NCBI GenBank assembly: GCA_044352465.1
Contig: JBILDU010000063.1
Coordinates: 1 to 18,138 of the forward strand
Direction of reading: 5' to 3'
From: Bdellovibrionota bacterium
GTDB taxonomy: Bacteria; Bdellovibrionota_C; UBA2361
DNA length: 18,138 bases
Positions 8,479-15,450 of the stretch are shown in pieces (within the stretch, counting starts at the first letter, position 1; each line of letters begins with the position of its first letter). The translations under genes were made by a program, and so were the position numbers. Below the pieces are notes generated by a model. That model made no database searches, had not been told where the DNA came from, and was given only the letters and a program-made list of their open reading frames with translations.

Positions 8479-9398
8479 TAGCGAATCTGATATTTAAACT
8501 CTTTCTCTTCTCGGTTTCGTTCTACCGTAAGGCTAATCGAACGTTCCGTCTTCAGTTTTTCGAAAAGCTGCATCGCTTGGGAGAGGTCAGCCATGCTGTT
8601 GCCGTTGACCGACTTCAGCACATCGCCGTTCCGGAGGCCGATCTTCTCGTAAAGGCTCCCACTCTTAATCGCAAAGAGCCTGAGCCCAACCGCTTGCCCA
8701 TCCGAGAAGTAGGGGACCGCCCGAGCTTGAGTAAGGAGGAGGGGGAGGTTTTCCAACGCTTTATCTAACTCAGCTTCATCGACGATGTACTCGTTCTCAT
8801 CGATAGCCGCAATCGCTTCGCGGTTCCCCCCTCTCGAGGCGGGCATCATCTCGTCGAGCACGAGCGTCTCACGTTGGCCGTTGCGCTCGATCTCAACTCG
8901 GTCAGCGAAGATAGCCACCAGTTTCGCCTCGTCGAATATCATCGTGTTGAGATCAAACACATCCTGAACTTTTTTCTTCTGATCTTCGATGATCGCATAC
9001 GGTTCGTGTCCCGCCGCAACGAAGGTCCCGACGAGCCCAAGCGGGGTTACCGCAACCGGTTTCACCGGAGGAGGGGCGGTGATGGATGTTTGTTGGGCCG
9101 TCATCGGTCCGAAAATATTCCGCTCGGCGATCTGGCCATACGGTGTTGCTTTGTCGCGGGTCGTTCCTTGGGGGGAGGCGACCGCTTGAATCTCGAGGAC
9201 CTTGCCCTGCAGGGTGGCGACGGTTTCGCGAGTCTCCAAGCTTCCCTCGATGAGCTCCCGTACGATCGTGGCGATGCAAAAAAGGCCGACGAAGGTGAAC
9301 CCCACCTTAAAGACCCGCACGGCGACTCCGATCGCCTCACGGCGAAAGAGTCGTTGCAGCGTCAAGGGGTCGAGCGATATCTGGGCGAGAGAGACCAT
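8478..9398 (-). CDS. gspC: T2SS protein GspC (TM, HR domain, PDZ)
   Basis: N-terminal TM, ERNIFG, HR domain (LGLVGTFV...AIIED...DRVEIERNGQRETL), PDZ (GSLYEKIGLRNGDVLKSVNG); stop overlaps the gspD start (TAATG). Confidence 0.93.
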   Translation of the reverse strand: MVSLAQISLDPLTLQRLFRREAIGVAVRVFKVGFTFVGLFCIATIVRELIEGSLETRETVATLQGKVLEIQAVASPQGTTRDKATPYGQIAERNIFGPMTAQQTSITAPPPVKPVAVTPLGLVGTFVAAGHEPYAIIEDQKKKVQDVFDLNTMIFDEAKLVAIFADRVEIERNGQRETLVLDEMMPASRGGNREAIAAIDENEYIVDEAELDKALENLPLLLTQARAVPYFSDGQAVGLRLFAIKSGSLYEKIGLRNGDVLKSVNGNSMADLSQAMQLFEKLKTERSISLTVERNREEKEFKYQIR

Positions 9399-9404
9399 AG
9401 GCCC

Positions 9405-9434
9405 ACTTTAACGAGCGAGCGCACCGGTGCGCAA
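9405..9434 (-). promoter_or_regulatory. Candidate sigma70 promoter for gspC, possibly leaderless
   Basis: TTGCGC (9434-9429), N18, TAAAGT (9410-9405), then 6 nt to the gspC ATG; contains the palindrome GCGCACCGGTGCGC (9419-9432). Confidence 0.35.
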
Positions 9435-9526
9435 CGGAGCAAATACACCGATTTCGCGAGCTTTTTCCGACTATTGGGCCGGGGTAATATTCGGAAGGGG
9501 TTGTTGTGTCCGCGGTGGCTCTGCAT

Positions 9527-10651
9527 CTACCGATTCAGCAGCACGAGCACCCGTGTAGGGTTCTGGAGTATCCGCACGCTTGCCCCCCGAGCAGAGCTTT
9601 TAAGGCTTACAGCACCATTCGGAGTTATCCCCAGGTCGCCACGACTAAAGCAGTCGAGGGAGAGACCTTTGGACGAAACGCCATCAAGCTGGAGGCGGAT
9701 CTCTCCGTTGAGGGCCGCGATCGTGGTCGCCCCGGCCGCCCCAGGAGGTGGCGTGTCGCTCAGGTGGAGGAATATCTGCTCAGGGGGGCCTTCTTTGCAG
9801 ACCGCACGGACGATCTTCACCCCTGGGATATCGATTTCATCGTGGCCGGACTGGTTAGCCAGCTGGGCTCCCTTGGCCGGGGTGATTACCGTAGCCGGGG
9901 GGAGGGGGACCGCCATCTCCGGCATATACCGAGCAACCTCGAGGCCCTGGGGGGTAGTCGCCGCAGCAACGGTGAGGAGGGGGGTCCATTTCTGGCCGAT
10001 CGCTTCCTGTCGAGCCGCCACTGCGCGCTGGTTGTTGCGCCGGGCATAAAAGTCCGCCACAACCCGTTCCGAACTCTCTAGATCTCGAATAACCTCGCTA
10101 CGATACCCCCGTGCAGCGTCAGCGTACACCGAGTTGGGGTAGCGCGCGATCAAGGCATCATAGAGCTCGAGAGCGCGCTCGAGGGACTGCGGGTCACGCC
10201 CGATGCCGCGGTGGGAAAGGTGAAAGCTACGCCCGGCTCGGAGCGTCACATACGGCAGCGAGGACGATGCTGGCCGACTCTTCATGAATTCTTCGTACAT
10301 CCCCCGAGCGGTGTCGAATTCATTCATCTCAAAGTAGGCGTCAGCGGCCTTAATCTCAGCGAACTCGGCGTACGCCCCGAGGGCATATGAGGCAGCGAGC
10401 GATTTAAACGACTCCCGCGCTACCGTATAAAGCTCCGTCGCGTAATAGTTCTTCGCCTCAGCGAAGAGCTGCTCCTCGGGGGTGTCCACCGCGGTGACAT
10501 CTCCGAGCGGAATTTCAGCCGGTTCGGGCTCCGTGGCGGGCTTGCTCGAGCAACCTCCTAAGAGCGTCCCTAGAACGACAAACGCGCTGACGAGAGAGAG
10601 GCGATTCGAGCGAGACTTGGCGATCGCGGCCGGGGAGGAGTGGTTCTTCAT
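9527..10651 (-). CDS. bamD: Outer-membrane assembly factor BamD-like TPR lipoprotein with C-terminal extra domain
   Basis: Lipobox LLGG|C; TPR pattern EEQLFAEAKNYY...AEFAEIKAADAYF...YEEFMKSRP...IGRDPQ...LIARYPNSVYADAA...ERVVADFYARRNNQRAVAAR matches BamD/YfiO. Start uncertain (ATG 10651 or 10660; GTG 10738 in the track). Confidence 0.85.
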   Translation of the reverse strand: MKNHSSPAAIAKSRSNRLSLVSAFVVLGTLLGGCSSKPATEPEPAEIPLGDVTAVDTPEEQLFAEAKNYYATELYTVARESFKSLAASYALGAYAEFAEIKAADAYFEMNEFDTARGMYEEFMKSRPASSSLPYVTLRAGRSFHLSHRGIGRDPQSLERALELYDALIARYPNSVYADAARGYRSEVIRDLESSERVVADFYARRNNQRAVAARQEAIGQKWTPLLTVAAATTPQGLEVARYMPEMAVPLPPATVITPAKGAQLANQSGHDEIDIPGVKIVRAVCKEGPPEQIFLHLSDTPPPGAAGATTIAALNGEIRLQLDGVSSKGLSLDCFSRGDLGITPNGAVSLKSSARGASVRILQNPTRVLVLLNR

Positions 10652-10852
10652 AGCTTTCATGTGAAGAGCCGGCGCCGTATCGCGGCGGCGGCCCCGTTTT
10701 TTAAACGAGGTAGTTTCCTTCAAGCCCCGCGGTGACACCGACTTGTCGGGGGCGCGGCGCGGTCGTAAGCTCCGGCGCGAACACTTGCGCTCGCCGGGCT
10801 GTAAAAACTTTTTTGAGCAGCCCTGCCCGGAAGACTAAACCGAACCGCTCCG

Positions 10853-10881
10853 ATTATCCAGCGGTGGGATGGCGGATGCAA
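10853..10881 (-). promoter_or_regulatory. Candidate sigma70 promoter upstream of bamD
   Basis: TTGCAT (10881-10876), N17, GATAAT (10858-10853) in the divergent bamD/panC spacer. Confidence 0.45.
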
Positions 10882-10944
10882 GGTCAAGTCAGAGTGCGCC
10901 CTCGGGGTGCTACGGCGAATACGTTGATAAATCTTGGGGGAGCT

Positions 10945-11799
10945 ATGGGAGCTATCGTTGTTGCAGATACTATCGAGTCGATTCGGCGGTTTGTGGCGGA
11001 GGCTCGGGCGAGCCATCGGCGCATCGGCTTTGTCCCGACGATGGGGTACTTACACGAGGGACACCTAAGCCTTGTGCGGCGCGCCGCCGCAGAGAGCGAT
11101 ATCGTGGTCGCCTCGATCTTCGTTAACCCGACCCAGTTCAATAATCCCGAGGACCTAAAAAAATATCCCCGTGACATCCCGCGAGACCTCCAGCTTTTGG
11201 AGTCGGTCGGCACCGCGGCGGTGTTTCTCCCGACACCGGAGATGATCTACGGCCCCGGTTATCAGACCTGGGTTAACCTCAATGAGCTTCCGCTGCCCTT
11301 TGAGGGCGCGCACCGCCCGGGCCATTTTCAAGGGGTCGCGACGATCGTGTCGATCCTCTTTAATCTCGTCGAGGCGGACTGCGCGGTTTTCGGCGAGAAG
11401 GACTTTCAGCAGCTTCGGATTATTGAGCGTATGGTGGCCGACCTCAAATTTCGGGTGAGGATTATTCGGGGTGAGCTTGTGCGCGATCCTGATGGTCTCG
11501 CGATGAGCTCACGGAACGTGCGTTTAACCCCTGAAAGCCGCGTGGTGGCGCTGGGGATTAGCCGGGGACTGCGGGGTGCGGTGGATCTCTTCCGTGCGGG
11601 GGAGCGTCGGGCCAAGGTGCTGCGCGAACGAGTCGCGGCGGAACTCTCCGGACCACTGGCGGAGGTTGACTATATCTCCGTTGCCGACGAGGCGACCTTA
11701 CTCGAAGTAGAGTCGGTAACAACCCCAGCGCGCCTGCTGGTGGCCGCCACGATCGGAGGAGTAAGGCTTATCGATAACATGGCGCTCCATTCCCCCTGA
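10945..11799 (+). CDS. panC: Pantoate--beta-alanine ligase (pantothenate synthetase)
   Basis: Motifs FVPTMGYLHEGH, SIFVNPTQF, RPGHFQGV, FGEKDFQQL, GLAMSSRN, VRLIDN. Start moved to ATG 10945 (GGGGGAG upstream), giving 284 aa. Confidence 0.96.
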   Translation: MGAIVVADTIESIRRFVAEARASHRRIGFVPTMGYLHEGHLSLVRRAAAESDIVVASIFVNPTQFNNPEDLKKYPRDIPRDLQLLESVGTAAVFLPTPEMIYGPGYQTWVNLNELPLPFEGAHRPGHFQGVATIVSILFNLVEADCAVFGEKDFQQLRIIERMVADLKFRVRIIRGELVRDPDGLAMSSRNVRLTPESRVVALGISRGLRGAVDLFRAGERRAKVLRERVAAELSGPLAEVDYISVADEATLLEVESVTTPARLLVAATIGGVRLIDNMALHSP

Positions 11800-11868
11800 C
11801 GGGAAGGGAGCCTCGCTCAGATGGAAGATTACGGCTGGAGTGCCGCAAAGCCAGGGCAAGAATAGCGG

Positions 11869-12324
11869 CTAACTAAAGAGCGCTCGTACTGCCGCTACGT
11901 TGATGTTGACTGCAAGCGCCTCGGGGGGGCGTTGTACTATCTCCCGGGCGACCCGCTCGGCAACCCGAGTGGCCTCTTCCGGTGAGCGGATCGGCGCTGA
12001 TTCATCTTCTACCTCAGCCACCTGTACTCCGCCCTCGCTCGGTACGCCTGAGGCTTCGCCGACATCGCTCGGGGGCACGCTCTCAGCCGCTCGCGGTGAA
12101 GGTTCCCGCTGCGCTGGCTCAGCCGCGCGTGCCTCGATCTCCCGAATACTCTCGGTGGCTTCCGCTACACGAGCCGCAATCTCTTCAACCGATCGAGTGG
12201 TGACTTTATCAACGAACACGGGTTCGCGAGGGGCCGGCTCCTCAGCTTCCTCCCGACGGGTCATCTCTTTCGCCGTGGGCAACTGATTGGCGGCTGGTTT
12301 GGTTCCCTTGATACCTTCCGTCAT
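11869..12324 (-). CDS. Hypothetical acidic protein with flagellin C-terminal-like helix
   Basis: 151 aa; strong SD (GAAAGGA) 6 nt before the ATG; E/A/P-rich; C-terminus IRSPEEATRVAERVAREIVQRPPEALAVNINVAAVRALFS. Confidence 0.7.
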   Translation of the reverse strand: MTEGIKGTKPAANQLPTAKEMTRREEAEEPAPREPVFVDKVTTRSVEEIAARVAEATESIREIEARAAEPAQREPSPRAAESVPPSDVGEASGVPSEGGVQVAEVEDESAPIRSPEEATRVAERVAREIVQRPPEALAVNINVAAVRALFS

Positions 12325-12429
12325 CGCGGTTCCTTTCCGACCTCGTGGATAAATAGCCTCTCCAGCATGACTGACTGCGCCGAACCGCGCGATCTGTCCC
12401 GCGGGAGATTAAACGGAGTGATACCTCAC

Positions 12430-12456
12430 TTGTCGGTGAAGATGCTTTACGAATTA
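12430..12456 (-). promoter_or_regulatory. Candidate sigma28 (FliA)-like promoter
   Basis: TAAT (12456-12453), N15, ACCGACAA (12437-12430) versus consensus TAAA-N15-GCCGATAA; three mismatches, correct spacing. Confidence 0.3.
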
Positions 12457-12582
12457 ACAAATCGGCGCGATTTTTGGAGCCGCGTGAGTGTGGAGCTCTC
12501 TCTCTCTTCACCGCCGTGTTGAAGCTCGGCTGGAGCCCATTTTGAAGACCCTGCTAAGGGATTTGCGTAGACGTCGTAGCGA

Positions 12583-13005
12583 TCAATTGAAGAAAGAGCG
12601 GGCTTTGCGAGCCTTGCGGGCTTCCTCGAGGTTAATGGGGGTGCGATCCGCCTGTTTGGGAGTTTTGCCACCATCGAGAACCTCGATGAGTTTGCCGCGT
12701 GGGGCTTCCCCGGTTGCCGATTGAATCGCCGCCACGATGTCCGAATAGAGACCCTCTTCAAACTCCTTCATCCGTTTGTCATCGTTCGAGATCAGTCGGT
12801 CCGAGCCGGCCGCGATCCGCTTAATGACGCGGTCAAACGCTGCCAAGACCACCTTTTGCTCCGACCCACTGAGCTGCGCCAAGGAGTCGAGCATCTCGAC
12901 CGCGCGCTCGCCCCCGACATCCTCGAGGAGGGTCTCAAGCTGGAGCTGGAGGCTCAGGAAATTCTTTGAAAATGCGCCCGATGATTTGCCGTAGGTCTTT
13001 TTCAC
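12583..13005 (-). CDS. Hypothetical helical protein, 140 aa
   Basis: Protein-like composition; GTG start with GGGAAG upstream; fills the gap behind a clear promoter region; tail motifs IEVLDGGK and PINLEEARKARK. Confidence 0.75.
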   Translation of the reverse strand: MKKTYGKSSGAFSKNFLSLQLQLETLLEDVGGERAVEMLDSLAQLSGSEQKVVLAAFDRVIKRIAAGSDRLISNDDKRMKEFEEGLYSDIVAAIQSATGEAPRGKLIEVLDGGKTPKQADRTPINLEEARKARKARSFFN

Positions 13006-13069
13006 TGCGTACTTCCCGTCGTTACTTTACCCCATATCCGCTTACGGGGGGTGTTTGCTTCTAGGAAAG

Positions 13070-13085
13070 AGCAAGAGTCTTGCCG
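13070..13085 (-). promoter_or_regulatory. sigma54 (-24/-12) promoter
   Basis: CGGCAAGACTCTTGCT = GG-N10-GC, close to the consensus TGGCACG-N4-TTGCW; 65 nt upstream of the GTG at 13005. Confidence 0.65.
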
Positions 13086-13090
13086 CGGTC

Positions 13091-13103
13091 TATCCCCTTG
13101 AAT
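13091..13103 (-). promoter_or_regulatory. IHF-like binding site
   Basis: ATTCAAGGGGATA matches 7 of 9 specified positions of WATCAANNNNTTR, with an AT-rich 5' flank; lies between the sigma54 box and the palindrome. Confidence 0.4.
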
Positions 13104-13146
13104 TGTATTACTTTCAAGTCGTGAATGGTGGTTTTTAAGTGTCTTA

Positions 13147-13169
13147 ATTGAGGACACCGTGTCCTCAAT
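13147..13169. promoter_or_regulatory. Perfect 23-bp palindrome, candidate enhancer-binding-protein site (UAS)
   Basis: ATTGAGGACAC-C-GTGTCCTCAAT, centred about 100 bp upstream of the predicted sigma54 start; an extra half-site-like GTGTCTTAAT lies at 13139-13148. Confidence 0.6.
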
Positions 13170-13199
13170 ATGCACAATCCTTCGTGACGCGCCCCTAGG

Positions 13200-15131
13200 T
13201 TATCCCGCAACGGCGAGGGGATGGGCGTGGAACTGGGCTGCCAGCTCTCGATAGATCGATTCGGGATCGTACCCGTTGAGGGCGTGTTGTTCCGCTTGGC
13301 TACCGTGGGGAACAAACGCATCACCGACACCGAAGCGGCGTACGGTCGACTGGAGGGTGATCCCTGCATCGTTAACGAATTCGAGAACGGCCCCGCCGAA
13401 TCCGCCCGCCAAAACGTGATCTTCGATCGTGCAGACCACCGGATACTTGGGCATCTCGGCTGCAAGAAGGGCGGTGTCGAGGGGTTTTGCAAAGCGCGCG
13501 TTGATAATCGTCGCGGAGAGCCCGTTCTGTTCACGCAACCGCTTCGCCACCTGTTGTGCCGAGGCAACGAGCGGGCCAAACGCGATCATCAAGACGTCGG
13601 TGCCCCGTTCGACTACTTCAGCTTTGCCGATCTCGAGGGCCTTGTACTCGGGGTCAAGGGCCACGCCGAGACCGTTGCCGCGGGGATACCGTACCGCGAT
13701 CGGTCCGTTGTGGTGCACCGCGGTGTAGAGCATATGGCGTAACTCGTTCTCATCCTTCGGCGACATCACCACAAGGTGAGGTAAACTGCGTAGGTAGGTG
13801 ATGTCGAAAACACCTTGGTGGGTCTCGCCGTCGTTGCCGACGACTCCTCCGCGGTCGAGTGCGAACACAACCGGAAGGTTTTGGATCGCCACGTCGTGAA
13901 CGACCTGATCGTATGCCCTTTGGAGAAAAGTCGAGTAGATCGCGCAGATCGGCTTGTATCCCTCGCAGGCGAGGCCAGCCGCGCAGGTGACGGCGTGTTG
14001 CTCGCAGATCCCGACATCGAGAAACTGCTCCGGCAAGGCGTTTTGGAACTTATCGAGACCGGTGCCGCCTGGCATCGCTGCAGTGATAGCGCGGATCTTC
14101 GGATCCCGTTTGGCTAAATCGATGACCGTGTCGGCGAAAACTGCGGTGTAGGCTGGCGGCGGTTTGACGGCCGGTGGTGCCCCAACGAACTCCCCCTTCG
14201 AGCGATCGAACGGGTTGACGCCGTGCCACTTGATCGGGTCCGCCTCCGCTGGCTCGTAGCCTTTGCCTTTCTGGGTGTAGCAGTGGATGAGGACCGGGAC
14301 GTCTTGTTGCTTAGCGTTCTGAATCGCACTCATGAGGTCCGCCATGTTATGGCCATCCACCGGCCCGATATAGCGGAATCCAAACGCCTCGAAGAGCACC
14401 GCAGGGCCGGCGAAGAAACCTTGAGCCGCTTCCTCGGCTCGATCGATCGCCTTGTACACGAGCTCCGGAACGTAGCCCTTCCGGTAAAGGTTTTTGAAGC
14501 CAGACCGAGCCACCGTCGAGGCTTTCGAGGTGACTGCTTTGGAGAATAGCCAGCTGATCGCCCCGACGTTCGGGGAGATCGACATCTCGTTGTCGTTGAG
14601 GACAACGATGAAATTTTTAAGCCCGAGATGTCCGGCGTGGTTCAGCGCCTCGAACGCCATTCCGGCCGTCAGCGAGCCGTCTCCGATAATCGCTACAGTA
14701 TAGCGCTCGGGGTTCTCGCGCTGGAGTACTAAGCTCATCCCCACCGCTGCGGAGATGCTGGTGCCGGCGTGACCTGCCCCGAACGTGTCGTACTCGCTCT
14801 CGTTGCGTTTCAGAAATCCCGACACGCCGTCTTTTTTCCGAATCGAGCCCATCTCGCCCCGGCGACCGGTCAACATCTTGTGAATGTAGGCTTGATGACC
14901 CACGTCCCAAACGAGACGGTCGTGCGGAGTGTCGAAGAGTGCGTGGAGCGCTACGGTCAGTTCGGTAGCGCCGAGACTCGAAGCGAAGTGCCCCCCCGAG
15001 GAGGACACCGAATCAATAAGCTCGTCCCGCAGTTCAGACGCCACACGTTGGAGATCGTCAGCCGAGAGGCCGCGTAAACCACTGGGGAGTGGGAGAGTAT
15101 CGATCAGGAGGGAATCGCTGAGCTTCGTCAT
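13200..15131 (-). CDS. dxs: 1-deoxy-D-xylulose-5-phosphate synthase
   Basis: GGHFASSLGATEL, WDVGHQAYIHKMLTGR, FGAGHAGTSIS, TPP motif GDGSLTAG...NDNEMSI, YIGPVDGH, DVGICEQHA, IYSTFLQRAYDQ, DGETHQG, VRYPRG. Start moved to ATG 15131 (643 aa). Confidence 0.97.
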   Translation of the reverse strand: MTKLSDSLLIDTLPLPSGLRGLSADDLQRVASELRDELIDSVSSSGGHFASSLGATELTVALHALFDTPHDRLVWDVGHQAYIHKMLTGRRGEMGSIRKKDGVSGFLKRNESEYDTFGAGHAGTSISAAVGMSLVLQRENPERYTVAIIGDGSLTAGMAFEALNHAGHLGLKNFIVVLNDNEMSISPNVGAISWLFSKAVTSKASTVARSGFKNLYRKGYVPELVYKAIDRAEEAAQGFFAGPAVLFEAFGFRYIGPVDGHNMADLMSAIQNAKQQDVPVLIHCYTQKGKGYEPAEADPIKWHGVNPFDRSKGEFVGAPPAVKPPPAYTAVFADTVIDLAKRDPKIRAITAAMPGGTGLDKFQNALPEQFLDVGICEQHAVTCAAGLACEGYKPICAIYSTFLQRAYDQVVHDVAIQNLPVVFALDRGGVVGNDGETHQGVFDITYLRSLPHLVVMSPKDENELRHMLYTAVHHNGPIAVRYPRGNGLGVALDPEYKALEIGKAEVVERGTDVLMIAFGPLVASAQQVAKRLREQNGLSATIINARFAKPLDTALLAAEMPKYPVVCTIEDHVLAGGFGGAVLEFVNDAGITLQSTVRRFGVGDAFVPHGSQAEQHALNGYDPESIYRELAAQFHAHPLAVAG

Positions 15132-15223
15132 GTCGTCGCCCGTGAAAATTATCTTTTTGCTGGGTGAGCATCTGTCGAAGTGGGTCGCGAAAGGTCGGGA
15201 TGAAAAGCCGCTTCGACTGGCGG

Positions 15224-15252
15224 AGTATACCCCGGGGGGAGGGGTGAAGCAA
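15224..15252 (-). promoter_or_regulatory. sigma70 promoter for dxs
   Basis: TTGCTT (15252-15247), N17, TATACT (15229-15224); lies inside the ORF-track N-terminal extension, which supports the later start. Confidence 0.65.
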
Positions 15253-15363
15253 ATAAACGAGGCGTCGGGGGAGCTGTACTCGTGCTCGTAAGCACCTGGA
15301 AACTCGCCCGAAATGCTCCGTCGGGGGCCGCGAAGCTCGCGGACTCGAAGCTGCCGCGTGGAG

Positions 15364-15445
15364 CCCACCAGAGGAGCACCCGGCGTGCCCGTCTGGTGGG
15401 GAGGGGCCACTCGTAGCCCACCTTGCCCATACCCGTATGGGCAAG
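15364..15445 (-). repeat. Two strong hairpins immediately 3' of pal (possible terminator or stabiliser)
   Basis: CTTGCCCATAC-GG-GTATGGGCAAG (15445-15422) and CCCACCAGA...TCTGGTGGG (15400-15364) with an inner GGCAC/GTGCT stem; no U-tract. Confidence 0.6.
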
Positions 15446-15450
15446 CTCAG

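Noticed and set aside
8874..10049. 391-aa plus-strand ORF, and the overlapping 191-aa ORF 9506..10081
   Set aside because: Antisense to well-supported gspC and bamD, no recognisable motifs; typical shadow ORFs of GC-rich DNA.
10732..10944. 71-aa N-terminal extension of PanC in the ORF track
   Set aside because: Overlaps the divergent promoter region; ATG 10945 has a purine-rich SD-like sequence and gives the usual PanC length.
11785..11868. Expected bidirectional terminator between convergent panC and the orphan gene
   Set aside because: Only an imperfect hairpin over the panC stop (CTCCATTCCC...GGGAAGGGAG) with no U-tracts; too weak to call.
12496..12507. (CT)6 dinucleotide repeat in the spacer between the two orphans
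   Set aside because: Short and outside the predicted promoter spacer; no evidence for phase variation.
13027..13035. Minimal ATG-GGG-TAA ORF in frame with, and upstream of, the 140-aa gene
   Set aside because: Weak SD and easily expected by chance; cannot support a leader peptide or readthrough claim.
15132..15410. 93-aa N-terminal extension of Dxs in the ORF track
   Set aside because: Not Dxs-like, and it contains a good sigma70 promoter and hairpins; ATG 15131 gives a normal-length enzyme.
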